DNA of 64,000 nucleotides from Myxococcales bacterium (lineage in GTDB: Bacteria > Myxococcota_A > Polyangia > Polyangiales > Polyangiaceae), in contig JAYTOU010000017.1 in NCBI GenBank assembly GCA_043747615.1, positions 64,001 through 128,000 of the forward strand. Reading direction: 5' to 3'. Under the pieces are notes generated by a model. The model did no database searches and had not been told where the DNA came from. It saw nothing but the letters and a program-made list of their open reading frames with translations. Each line of letters starts with the position of its first letter. Position 1 is the first letter of the stretch. Shown here piece by piece: positions 29,839-39,203 of this stretch. The position numbers and the translations under genes were made by a program.

Positions 29839-31725
29839 CTAACTGCGAGGATGGTGGGGGCCGGCGACCGTGCGCGTAAGCGATTGCGGGACGACCTGAC
29901 GCAGGTGCCACGCCTGCACGCTCACGATCTCTTCGGCGGCCGTGAGAGTCGCACGCACCCGCGCGGTGAGCCGCCACGTCGAAACGATGACCATGACGTG
30001 AAAGGTCATGAGCGCGATGGTCGATGGCCACTTCGGAAACGAGGCCATCTGCGGGACGACGACGAGCCTTCCATTCTCGAAGAGATACGAGGTGGGCAAG
30101 ACGCCGAGCCATTCGAGCACGACGGGGAAGACGACCGACCCGCAGGCGACGGCAAGCGCGACGCGGCGCAACCCCTTGTAGGGGTAGATCCCAAAAGTGA
30201 CCGCGAGGGCGAGCGCGGCGGTGGGGACGATGATCAGCGGTCCAAACATGCGACCGAGCGCCACGAACCCGAGCGGCGCGAAAAGCAAATTGACGAAGCT
30301 CCGGTTCGGTCGCGTAAAGCGGTACTGCAGGTAGGCAAAGATCGCCGACAGCCCGAAGAACGCGCAAGCGGCGATGATCCATCCCCAATGCAGCACCCCC
30401 ATCCACAGAAGGAAGGGAACGATCAGAAACCAGGTCAGGTACGAGAAGCTCCCCATGAGCGCGGCAACGCTGATCGACTTCAGCCTCGCGCGCTCGAGCG
30501 AAGCGAGGGCCTCCGGGGGAATCTCCTTCGGTGGCTCGAGCAGAAGGCGACTCATGGTCCCCAGGGCGAGGGCATTGGTGGGGTCGAGGGCGAGAGCTTT
30601 TCCTGCCTCGCGCATGGCGACAGCTCGCCGCTCCGTCGAATTTTCTATGCCTCGGAGCGCCGATTGTGCGGCGTCCGCAGCCGCATTCGCGTGCACGTCC
30701 GACAGATCGCGGCGAAGCTCCATGTCGCGATCGCCATCGAGGTAGCTCTCGATCGCATCCTGCAGATCACGCGCAGACGCGAACCGGTCCTTGGGGTTGA
30801 AGGCCGTGGCCTTGACGCAGATCCGCTCGAGCTCGGGTGGCACCTCGCACTCGGGTGCACGCATAGACGCCCGCGCGTCCGCCCCATTCGCCGTGGTCGC
30901 TGCTATCTCAGGCAACGACCCAACGTGAAGAGACTTCAACGTGAGGATCTCGAAGAGGATCGCGCCCAGCGAATAGACGTCGGTGCGCGCGTCCAGCTCC
31001 TCGTCTTTGAACTGCTCCGGCGACATGAAGCCGAGTGTTCCGATCATCGTCCCCGCCGCCGTCGCCGCCGGTTTGTGCGGGCCCGAGTCGAAGGACTCGG
31101 TCGTAGGATCGTCCGCAGTGATCTTCGCGACGCCCCAATCGAGCACGTATACCTCGCCGAACGTCCCCAGCATGATGTTGCTCGGCTTGATATCGCGGTG
31201 GAGGACAGCATGTGCGTGCGCGAATTCGATGGCGAGGCATGCGCTGCCGAACGCGGTGAGCAGTTTGCGCCGCGAGTATTCGCGGAGCGCGTTCTTGTCG
31301 TTAGCCCGGATCCGGAAAAGTATTTCTTCAAGGGTCATCCCCCGAACGCGCTTCATCGTGAAGTAAGCCGCGCCTTCGGGGCCGACGCCGAGATCGTAAA
31401 CGGGCACGATCGACGGGTGCTCGAGCCCTCCTTGCACGCGGGCCTCGCGGAGAAATCGCGCCTGGAAATCGGTGCGCGTGTCGAAACCCGGGCGGATCAT
31501 CTTCACAGCCACTTCGCGACCGATACGCACGTCCTTGCAGAGGCGCACCTCGCCCATGCCTCCTTCACCGAGGATCCGCTTCACCTCGTAGCGCGCCACG
31601 AAGCCTTGCTCGGAGATCGACGTCGGCCCGGCGTGTATAAGAGGCATCATCGAGTCGTGGTTTTCCGCGGGCGGCGGAGTGTCGAGGATGGTCGCGTCGA
31701 ACGCGCCCGACGGCTTCTTGAACAT
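29839..31725 (-). CDS. Hanks-type Ser/Thr protein kinase with C-terminal multi-TM region
   Basis: LGEGGMGEV, VAVK, HRDIKPSN, DWG and GTLGFMSPEQ, then about 5 TM helices. Confidence 0.93.
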   Translation of the reverse strand: MFKKPSGAFDATILDTPPPAENHDSMMPLIHAGPTSISEQGFVARYEVKRILGEGGMGEVRLCKDVRIGREVAVKMIRPGFDTRTDFQARFLREARVQGGLEHPSIVPVYDLGVGPEGAAYFTMKRVRGMTLEEILFRIRANDKNALREYSRRKLLTAFGSACLAIEFAHAHAVLHRDIKPSNIMLGTFGEVYVLDWGVAKITADDPTTESFDSGPHKPAATAAGTMIGTLGFMSPEQFKDEELDARTDVYSLGAILFEILTLKSLHVGSLPEIAATTANGADARASMRAPECEVPPELERICVKATAFNPKDRFASARDLQDAIESYLDGDRDMELRRDLSDVHANAAADAAQSALRGIENSTERRAVAMREAGKALALDPTNALALGTMSRLLLEPPKEIPPEALASLERARLKSISVAALMGSFSYLTWFLIVPFLLWMGVLHWGWIIAACAFFGLSAIFAYLQYRFTRPNRSFVNLLFAPLGFVALGRMFGPLIIVPTAALALAVTFGIYPYKGLRRVALAVACGSVVFPVVLEWLGVLPTSYLFENGRLVVVPQMASFPKWPSTIALMTFHVMVIVSTWRLTARVRATLTAAEEIVSVQAWHLRQVVPQSLTRTVAGPHHPRS

Positions 31726-31779
31726 GAGGCGGAGATTAGCGGCTTTCCTACAAGGGTGGGGGGTCGACGCGCCAGAGCG

Positions 31780-32679
31780 CTACCATGCGCCGTTCAACGA
31801 GAAGGCGCTGCGCATGGGCGCGCCGCTGAGTGCGAGGCCACTGGCGCTCGGAGGATTCGCGTCGGCCGAGGATTTTGCGGAGTGGAAAATAAGCGGCACG
31901 CCGACGCCAATGAGCGATCCGACGACGACTCCGGTCATTACGTCCGAAAAATAATGTTTGTCTCCTGCCATTCGCAGGTACCCGACGGAGGCGGCCATGG
32001 TCAGCCCCGCCGCCCATACGAGCGGCGCGAGACGGTACCCGCGCAGCGAAGACACCGTGCCGCTGGAAGTGGCGACGGCGAACGCGAGCGTGGTGTGCCC
32101 CGAGAAGAAGGAGAGGTTGTCATCCGACGGGCTCGCGGTGAGCTTTCGCACCTCCTTGGGTGCTCGCGGCAGGTAGTGAACGAAGGGGCGCTCGCGCGCG
32201 AAGGCATATTTCGCGACCTGGTTGACGTTCCCAGCGATCATGGTCGCCTCGATCACGAGGAGCGCGTCGACGGGAACACCACGCGCATTTCTGTCGTTCG
32301 CCGCCGCCACGGCGTTTAGCCCGATGGTCGACAGAGGCTCGATCGCGAAGGCGATGATGGAGCTCGTGATGTCCGCCGTGCTTGGCTGTTTCCAGATGAG
32401 CTGCCGCCTGACCCAGCTGTCGTACGGGTTGAGCAGATCGGTTCCGTCTTCGCCTCGGTAGCACCACCGGCACTTTTCCGGCACGAGGACCGGCTTGAGC
32501 AACTCGGACGTAGCGAGCCACACCGCACCGACCGAAGTGACCGCCACGTCGATGCGCGTATCGTAGGGGAGCTTCCGGACGTTCGAGCGCGGCGTGTCTT
32601 GCGCGCGAGCGGGCATGCACGACATCGTGCCGATCAGTGCCGACAGCACGCCAGCGAGGGTCGACGTCAAGGAGCGCAA
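31780..32679 (-). CDS. PAP2-superfamily phosphatase
   Basis: KYAFARERP, SFFSGHT and RMAGDKHYFSDV. Start uncertain (TTG 32679 or ATG 32625). Confidence 0.88.
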   Translation of the reverse strand: MRSLTSTLAGVLSALIGTMSCMPARAQDTPRSNVRKLPYDTRIDVAVTSVGAVWLATSELLKPVLVPEKCRWCYRGEDGTDLLNPYDSWVRRQLIWKQPSTADITSSIIAFAIEPLSTIGLNAVAAANDRNARGVPVDALLVIEATMIAGNVNQVAKYAFARERPFVHYLPRAPKEVRKLTASPSDDNLSFFSGHTTLAFAVATSSGTVSSLRGYRLAPLVWAAGLTMAASVGYLRMAGDKHYFSDVMTGVVVGSLIGVGVPLIFHSAKSSADANPPSASGLALSGAPMRSAFSLNGAW

Positions 32680-32704
32680 CGGGCTTGGAGTATAGTCGTT
32701 TTCG

Positions 32705-33628
32705 ATGAAGGCTGGCACGCTCGTCAGGTCTGCGGTTGTGGTCGCCGCGCTGGTCTGCGTGCGTGACGCGCGCGCGCAGGCGCCCGGGTTCGCCGTCGAC
32801 AGGTTCGAGCCAGCGGAGCGCGGGAGCGACTGGTTCGCGAACGAATCGCTCGACCTGCGCGGCAAGCTGCGCCCGGCCTTCGGCTTCGTCGTCGACTGGG
32901 CATACCAACCTCTCGTCCTCCACGAGCGCGGGAATGTTCGCGGCCCGGCGCAGGGCGACGTGCTGACCGATCAAATTTTCGTGCATGCGGGGGGCACGCT
33001 CGTCTTCGCAAACCGCTTTCGCGTCGGCGCCAATCTGCCCCTCGCGATCTACCAGCACGGCGACGACGTTGCGCCGATCGCGATCGGCGTGCGTTCGCAA
33101 GACGGCGCGGGCGTCGGCGATCTTCGTCTTTCCGGCGACGCGCGTGTGCTTGGAGCGTACGGCGAGGAATTTACTGCCGCCGTAGGATTGCAGCTCCACC
33201 TTCCCACGGGGCGCCGCAATGCGCTCGCGAGCGACGGCACCGTGCGAGTTGCCCCACGCGTTCTGCTCGCCGGTGAGGTGGATTGGTTCCTGTACGCAGC
33301 GAAAGGCGGGTTCGCATACCGCCCGCTCGACGGCACCTTCGAGGGCAACAAGCTCGGCAGCGAATTTATTTTCAGCGCCGCGGCGGGCGTGAAGGTGAGC
33401 AAGCGCTTCGTGTTCGGTCCCGAGTTCGATGGGAGCACCATTGTCCTCGGCGGCGATGGCGCGTTCCGCAGGCGCAACACACCGCTCGAGCTTCTCTTCG
33501 GAGCGCACGTGACGCTCGCCGATCGTTGGCAGGGCGGGGTCGCGATTGGGCCCGGCCTCACGCGCGGCGATGGCAGTCCAAAGATGCGCGTGCTCGTCTC
33601 AGTCGAGTTCGCTCCCGAGCCGAATTAG
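32705..33628 (+). CDS. Beta-barrel-only paralogue of the TSP3-OmpA proteins
   Basis: FEPAERGSDWFANESLDLRG is shared with the genes at 17190 and 34696. Ends at VEFAP with no TSP3 or OmpA domain. Confidence 0.85.
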   Translation: MKAGTLVRSAVVVAALVCVRDARAQAPGFAVDRFEPAERGSDWFANESLDLRGKLRPAFGFVVDWAYQPLVLHERGNVRGPAQGDVLTDQIFVHAGGTLVFANRFRVGANLPLAIYQHGDDVAPIAIGVRSQDGAGVGDLRLSGDARVLGAYGEEFTAAVGLQLHLPTGRRNALASDGTVRVAPRVLLAGEVDWFLYAAKGGFAYRPLDGTFEGNKLGSEFIFSAAAGVKVSKRFVFGPEFDGSTIVLGGDGAFRRRNTPLELLFGAHVTLADRWQGGVAIGPGLTRGDGSPKMRVLVSVEFAPEPN

Positions 33629-33784
33629 GAGACCCTCAGGGATCCGCGGGCGCTGAGCTTGGCGCTGGTGACGATGTCACGCCGGAATCTACGTGCGTGC
33701 GTGCGTTCCCTCCTCTCTCACGAAGAGCTTCAGCGCGGCACGGTAGTGGCGAGCGATCAGAAACCGCATGTGAACGGACGCAAA

Positions 33785-34546
33785 TCAGAATTTGCCGTGA
33801 CGACCCGCTCCTGACGAAAAGCGTGCAGCGCCCTCGAGGGTCTCGCCGCTCACGAGGGTACGCATGCCGTGAATGAGCTCGTTTGCGAGGGCGTCGTCGA
33901 GCGAGAGCGACCACTGCTCAAGTGCACTCCGCCTGTCATTTCGCATGCAGACTCGAGGAAATTTGGAGATCTCGCGGGCCAGCGCCTCGGCTTCGCTGCG
34001 CGCGCTTCCGGCGGGGACGACGCGGTTCGCGAGCCCCATGTGGAGCGCCTCCGCAGCTCCCACCGCGCGGCCGGTGAGGATCATGTCGAGCGCGCGCGAT
34101 TGCCCGACGACGCGTGGCAGGCGAATCGTCCCGCCGTCGATGAGCGGCACGCCCCAACGCCGGCAGAACACTCCGAACGTCGCGTCTTCTTCGACTACCC
34201 GAAGATCGCACCACAGCGCGAGCTCGAGCCCACCCGCGACGGCGAAACCGGCGACGGCGGCGATGACCGGCTTCGACAACAGCATCCGGGTCGGACCCAT
34301 TGGGCCATCCCCCGTCACCTCGACCCGGTTACCGTTTCCTTCACCGATCGCCTTGAGATCTGCCCCCGCGCAGAACGTGCCGCCTTCGCCCCACAACACG
34401 ATGACGTCGGTCTGCGAATCGGCATCGAGCGCACGGAAAGCGTCGGCCAGGGCTCGTGCGGTTGGACCGTCGACCGCGTTTCGACGCTCGGGGCGAGATA
34501 GAATGACGGTAGCGACGCGGTCGCCCTGCTCGACGCGAACGGACAT
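33785..34546 (-). CDS. Crotonase / enoyl-CoA hydratase family protein
   Basis: RPERRNA, FCAGADL, AGGLELALWCDLR and RRWGVPLIDGGT. Confidence 0.95.
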   Translation of the reverse strand: MSVRVEQGDRVATVILSRPERRNAVDGPTARALADAFRALDADSQTDVIVLWGEGGTFCAGADLKAIGEGNGNRVEVTGDGPMGPTRMLLSKPVIAAVAGFAVAGGLELALWCDLRVVEEDATFGVFCRRWGVPLIDGGTIRLPRVVGQSRALDMILTGRAVGAAEALHMGLANRVVPAGSARSEAEALAREISKFPRVCMRNDRRSALEQWSLSLDDALANELIHGMRTLVSGETLEGAARFSSGAGRHGKF

Positions 34547-34695
34547 GGTGGGCGGGGAGTTATCACCAGGCTTCGACGCTGACGAGCGTCCTCATTCTCG
34601 AGCTGTTTGCAAGAAATTATTTCTACGGCGCGCGGCAAGAAACCACTCGGGCAATAGAAACGCCACCTCCGAGCAAATTCCGGTAAGAAGAGTGC

Positions 34696-36552
34696 ATGGC
34701 GACCCGCTCCTCGCACCGAATGTTTTGTCGCATTGGATTCACCGCGTTGACTGCGCTTCCTCTGCTCTTCGTTTCTGAAATGGCGGCGGCGCAGGGTGCG
34801 CCCGACCAAGCCGGCTTCGCCGTCAACCGCTTCGATCCCGCGGAAAAAGGCTCCGATTGGTTCGTGTCCGAGTCCCTCGATTTTCGTGGAAAGTTTCGCC
34901 CCGCGTTCGGGATCATCGGCGAGTGGGCCACGAAGGAAATGGTCTTTTACAACTTCGACGACTCGACGAAAGCGCGCTTCATCGAGCATCAGGCCTATTT
35001 CCACGTCGGCGGTAGCCTCGTGCTCTGGGACAGGCTGCGCATCGGCGCGAACGTTCCGCTCGCCATCTACCAGACCGGCGAGTCCACGACCGAGAACGGA
35101 GCTCGCCTCAACTCCCCCGAGAAGGCGGCGATCGGCGACGTGCGCGTGGGGGCCGACGTTCGCCTTTTCGGCGAGTACCGCGACGCCGTCGAAGGTGCCT
35201 TGGGCTTGCAAGTGCATTTGCCCACTGGCTCCCAAAACTTATTCACCGGGGATGGCTCCGCGCGCGTCGTTCCGCGGCTCATGCTCGCCGGCGACCTCGG
35301 TGATTTCGCGTACGCCCTTCGCGCGGGATACGAGCTTCGCGGCCGCGCCGAGCCGTTCGCGGGTCGTGCCTTCGGCGACGAGGTCACGGGCTCGCTCGCC
35401 ATCGGCGTACGCGTGCTCGACAAGAAACTCCTCATCGGACCGGAGTTCTACGGCGCCACCCTCGCCTCGAAGATGTTCAAGGACAAGACCACTCCGAGCG
35501 AAGTCCTGTTTGGTGCACACTACACGCACAGCGATTTCAAGTTCGGCGCCGGCCTCGGGAGCGGGCTCAGCAGGGCCTTCGGGTCGCCTCAGCTCCGCAT
35601 CATTTTAGGGGTCGAGTGGACGCCTGCGATGGAAGACGCCAACCCCGACCGCGACGGTGACCGAATCTTGGACAGGGACGACGTCTGCCCGGAAGTGCCC
35701 GGCGTGGTCAGCCAGTTGAGAAACGGTTGCCCGCCCGAGCAACGGCCGGAGCCCGTCGTCGTGGCGAAGCCCTCCGATCGTGACGGCGACGGCATCCCCG
35801 ACAGCGAGGACGCGTGTCCCGACGTTGCGGGAATCAAGACGGACGACCCCAAGACCAACGGCTGCCCGAGCGACAAGGACAAGGACGGCATCATCGACAC
35901 GGAAGACGCCTGCCCCGACGTCGCGGGCGTTCGCACGAGCGATCCCAAAACGAACGGCTGTCCGCCGAATCTCGATCGTGACAAGGACGGCATCGAGAAC
36001 GACCTCGACGCGTGCCCCGACGAGCCCGGCCCCAAGAGCGATGACCCCAAGACGAACGGCTGCCCGCGCGTCTTCATCAAGAACTCGATGATCCAGATCC
36101 TGGAGCAGCCGAAGTTCGACTTCAACAAGTCCGCCATCAAGAAAGAGAGCGATTCGCTCCTGACCGAGGTGGCCAAGGTGATGGCCGACCACCCCGAGAT
36201 CAAGCGCGTCCGCATCGAAGGGCACACCGACAACGTCGGCAACGCCGCCTACAACAAGAAGCTCTCGGAGCAGCGCGCTCAGTCGGTCGTCAACTGGCTT
36301 GCCGCACACGGTGCCTCGAAGGACCGCCTCACGGCCGTGGGCTTGGGCAAAGAACGTCCCCTCATGGGCAACGACACCGACGCTGGGCGAGCGGCCAATC
36401 GTCGCGTCGAATTCCACATCGAAGATCAGGACGCGACGCACAAAGAGATGGTGAAGACTCCCGACGGAGGCCGCGAACCGGCTCCCCCGGCGACCCTCGG
36501 CATCCCGGAAGGCGCCAAGCCCACACCCGCGAAGGATCTCCCCAAGCCGTAG
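34696..36552 (+). CDS. OmpA-family protein: beta-barrel + 4 TSP3 repeats + OmpA C-terminal domain (TraB-like)
   Basis: Paralogue of 17190-19106, with EGHTD, NRRVEF and a shared C-terminal tail KDxPKP. Confidence 0.9.
   Translation: MATRSSHRMFCRIGFTALTALPLLFVSEMAAAQGAPDQAGFAVNRFDPAEKGSDWFVSESLDFRGKFRPAFGIIGEWATKEMVFYNFDDSTKARFIEHQAYFHVGGSLVLWDRLRIGANVPLAIYQTGESTTENGARLNSPEKAAIGDVRVGADVRLFGEYRDAVEGALGLQVHLPTGSQNLFTGDGSARVVPRLMLAGDLGDFAYALRAGYELRGRAEPFAGRAFGDEVTGSLAIGVRVLDKKLLIGPEFYGATLASKMFKDKTTPSEVLFGAHYTHSDFKFGAGLGSGLSRAFGSPQLRIILGVEWTPAMEDANPDRDGDRILDRDDVCPEVPGVVSQLRNGCPPEQRPEPVVVAKPSDRDGDGIPDSEDACPDVAGIKTDDPKTNGCPSDKDKDGIIDTEDACPDVAGVRTSDPKTNGCPPNLDRDKDGIENDLDACPDEPGPKSDDPKTNGCPRVFIKNSMIQILEQPKFDFNKSAIKKESDSLLTEVAKVMADHPEIKRVRIEGHTDNVGNAAYNKKLSEQRAQSVVNWLAAHGASKDRLTAVGLGKERPLMGNDTDAGRAANRRVEFHIEDQDATHKEMVKTPDGGREPAPPATLGIPEGAKPTPAKDLPKP
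35647..36066 (+). repeat. Four coding TSP3-like repeats
   Basis: DxDxDGI.D..DACPD..G...DPKTNGCP units; the first is degenerate. Confidence 0.85.
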
Positions 36553-36576
36553 GGCGGGCCTCGGCTGCGTCGCGAC

Positions 36577-37743
36577 TCAGCGTTTGATTTCGCCGAGCTC
36601 GATGCGGCCGTACGCATAGGTGATCGTGCGGACGAAGGCGCTCCGGGCGTCGACGCTGAGCATGCGGAGGTGACGCGGGTCACCGAAGAGAACGACTTCG
36701 GCAACGCTGCGCCCGGCGTCGATCTCAATGACGGACGCGGCGGCGGGGGAGACTCGGCCCACGACAATCCCGCATTTCAAAGGCTTCTTCGTCTTGTCTG
36801 GCCCCTTCGCGCAACCGGACACGATGACGAGCTCTTCGTTCGAGGCCGGGTGCCACGTCCAGGCTTGCGATGCGATGAAGGTTTCGGTCTCACTTCCCCA
36901 CTTCTTCGTGCCGAGGCCGATAAGCGGTGCCGCAAGCTCACTTGGCTTCATGCTTCGCTCGATCGGGACGGTAGGCTTGATCTCGATCGTCACCTCGCCC
37001 GGATTGCGCGGGCCCATGCAGCAACGGAACCCCATCGTTGCTCCCTTGGACGTGACCGTGCGACCGATTCCGTTTGCGCACCGTCCGACGATCTCTCCCG
37101 CGATGGAGTTGCCGCCACGCAGGACGCCGAGGTCGCCCTTCGCCCCGCGCTTCCAGGCGCTGTCGGTCCACTCCCAAACGCCGCCGTGAAGGTCCATCAC
37201 CCCGAACGCGCTCTTGCACGCCAGGCGTTCGCCGCTCGGACGACGCGCCGACTCTTCGATCGCCACGCCGGTGATGCACGATGCCGCGCGGTAAGGATCC
37301 CCGTACTCGTAGGTGAAATTGTCGGGGCCCTTGCACGAGCGCTCCCACTCGAGCTCCGTGCAGAGGCGCTTGCCCTTCGTCTCGCAGAGGTGAGCGGCGT
37401 CGTCGCGCGACACGTTCGAAGTGGGAATGGCTCCGGCCTCGTTCGGGTACGGATAGAGATCGACGTAGAATCCACCGAGCGTCATCTCGGTTCCCGGAGG
37501 CTCTTCGTCCGGCACGCGGGGCACGCGATCGAGAGGTGTTCCGGCGTGAAGAACACCGGCGGGAATCCAGGCCATTCCTGGTCTCGCGGCACCGAGGACG
37601 GGCGCGCTCGGCGAAGCGACGGGAGCCGTCACCGCAGCATCGCTCGAGAGTGCAGAGCTCGATTTTCCGCAGCCGCCGCAACCGACCTGACCCAGAGCGA
37701 GGAGCGCGCCGAGTGCACGCAAGCAACGTGGGGTCACGCGCAC
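36577..37743 (-). CDS. FGE-sulfatase (SUMF1/EgtB/PvdO-like) domain lipoprotein
   Basis: Lipobox QVGC, GKRLCTELEWERSC, GVMDLHGGVWEW and GFRCC. Confidence 0.85.
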   Translation of the reverse strand: MRVTPRCLRALGALLALGQVGCGGCGKSSSALSSDAAVTAPVASPSAPVLGAARPGMAWIPAGVLHAGTPLDRVPRVPDEEPPGTEMTLGGFYVDLYPYPNEAGAIPTSNVSRDDAAHLCETKGKRLCTELEWERSCKGPDNFTYEYGDPYRAASCITGVAIEESARRPSGERLACKSAFGVMDLHGGVWEWTDSAWKRGAKGDLGVLRGGNSIAGEIVGRCANGIGRTVTSKGATMGFRCCMGPRNPGEVTIEIKPTVPIERSMKPSELAAPLIGLGTKKWGSETETFIASQAWTWHPASNEELVIVSGCAKGPDKTKKPLKCGIVVGRVSPAAASVIEIDAGRSVAEVVLFGDPRHLRMLSVDARSAFVRTITYAYGRIELGEIKR

Positions 37744-37746
37744 GAC

Positions 37747-39186
37747 CTAGTCCCCCTTCTCGTTCGCCCCTTCGCGTAGCCCAAGCTCTTTCATTTTGAG
37801 CTGAAGCCCCTTGCGCGAAATCTTCAGGAGCCGCGCGGCGTGGGTCACGTTGCCACCCGTCTGGGTGAGGGCACGGCCAACGAGCTCGCGCTCGAGGCGG
37901 TTCATCGCCACCTTCACGTGCTCTTTGAGGCCACCCTCGTTCGAGAGCGCAGCGTGGAGATCGGCTTCGTTCAACGGAGGGCTCGACAGATGCGAGCTGC
38001 CGCGAAGCTCGGGCGGGAGATCCTCGGACCTGAGCTTTTGGGTGTCGCAGAAGAGAACGGCGCGCTCGATCACGTTCTCGAGCTCGCGGATATTTCCCGG
38101 CCACGGATAAGCGCAGAGAAATTCCATTGCCTCGGGCTCGGTGCCAGCTACGTGCTTTTTCAAGCGCTCGTTGAATTTGGTCAGAAAATGCTCGACCAGG
38201 AGCGGCACGTCGGTGGCTCGCTCGCGAAGGGCGGGGAGGCGAATGGGGACTACGTTGAGGCGGTAGAAGAGATCCTCGCGGAAGCCGCCGGCGGCGATGA
38301 GCTTCTTCAGATCGCGGTTCGTCGCGGCAACGAGGCGCACGTCGACCCGGATGGTCTTGATGCCGCCGACCCGTTCGAACTCGCTCTCTTGCAGTGCGCG
38401 CAGGAGCTTGACCTGCATTTCGACCGGTATTTCGCCGATCTCATCCAGAAAAAGCGTGCCCTGGTTGGCGAGCTCGAACCTCCCGGGCTTGGAGCTCACG
38501 GCGCCTGTGAAAGCACCGCGCTCGTAGCCGAAGAGCTCGCTCTCGATGAGCTCCTTCGGAATGGCCGCGCAGTTCACCTTGATGAAAGGCTTGTCCTTGC
38601 GGATGGAGTGGTCGTGGAGCGCGCGGGCGACGAGCTCCTTTCCGGTGCCGCTCTCGCCGGTGATGAGCACGGTGGTCGGAGTGTCTGCGACGCGCTCGAG
38701 GACGGCGTAAAGATCCGTCAGCCCGGCCGAGTTACCGATGATGTTGAAGCGCGCACCGGGAACGGCTTGAGACGCCGGTGAGGCTTCCGCACCCGCGAGA
38801 AGCCTTGTTTTCAAGGCTTTGGCGACGATCGCGCGCACTTCGTCTTTGTCGAAGGGCTTGGTCAGATAATCGAACGCCCCGATCTTGAGGGCTTCCACCG
38901 CGGTATCGACGGTGCCGTGCGCGGTGATCATCACGATGGGGAGCTCGGGATCCTCGCGGAGCGCTTCCCTGAGGAGCGTCATGCCGTCTACTTTGGGCAT
39001 CTTCAGGTCGGTGACGACGAGATCGATGTGGTGCTCGCGCAAGATCTGGAGCCCTTGCTCGCCATCTTCCGCCGTGAGCACGTCGTACCCGTCGCGCGAC
39101 AGCTGCGCGGAGAGGATCTTGCGCAGGTTGGGCTCATCGTCGACGATGAGGACCTGCTTCTTTTCGGGCAGCATGGGGAGCTGCAT
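37747..39186 (-). CDS. Sigma54-dependent response regulator (REC-AAA+-HTH, NtrC family)
   Basis: DLKMP, GESGTGKE, GAFTGA, LFLDEIGE, WPGNIREL, Fis-type HTH. Start may be 39174. Confidence 0.96.
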   Translation of the reverse strand: MQLPMLPEKKQVLIVDDEPNLRKILSAQLSRDGYDVLTAEDGEQGLQILREHHIDLVVTDLKMPKVDGMTLLREALREDPELPIVMITAHGTVDTAVEALKIGAFDYLTKPFDKDEVRAIVAKALKTRLLAGAEASPASQAVPGARFNIIGNSAGLTDLYAVLERVADTPTTVLITGESGTGKELVARALHDHSIRKDKPFIKVNCAAIPKELIESELFGYERGAFTGAVSSKPGRFELANQGTLFLDEIGEIPVEMQVKLLRALQESEFERVGGIKTIRVDVRLVAATNRDLKKLIAAGGFREDLFYRLNVVPIRLPALRERATDVPLLVEHFLTKFNERLKKHVAGTEPEAMEFLCAYPWPGNIRELENVIERAVLFCDTQKLRSEDLPPELRGSSHLSSPPLNEADLHAALSNEGGLKEHVKVAMNRLERELVGRALTQTGGNVTHAARLLKISRKGLQLKMKELGLREGANEKGD

Positions 39187-39203
39187 CGTATCAGAGGCGC
39201 GAC

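Noticed and set aside
27744..32319. Long plus-strand ORFs of 711 aa and 879 aa
   Set aside because: They lie antisense to the DUF4139, kinase and PAP2 genes and have the Arg-rich composition typical of shadow frames.
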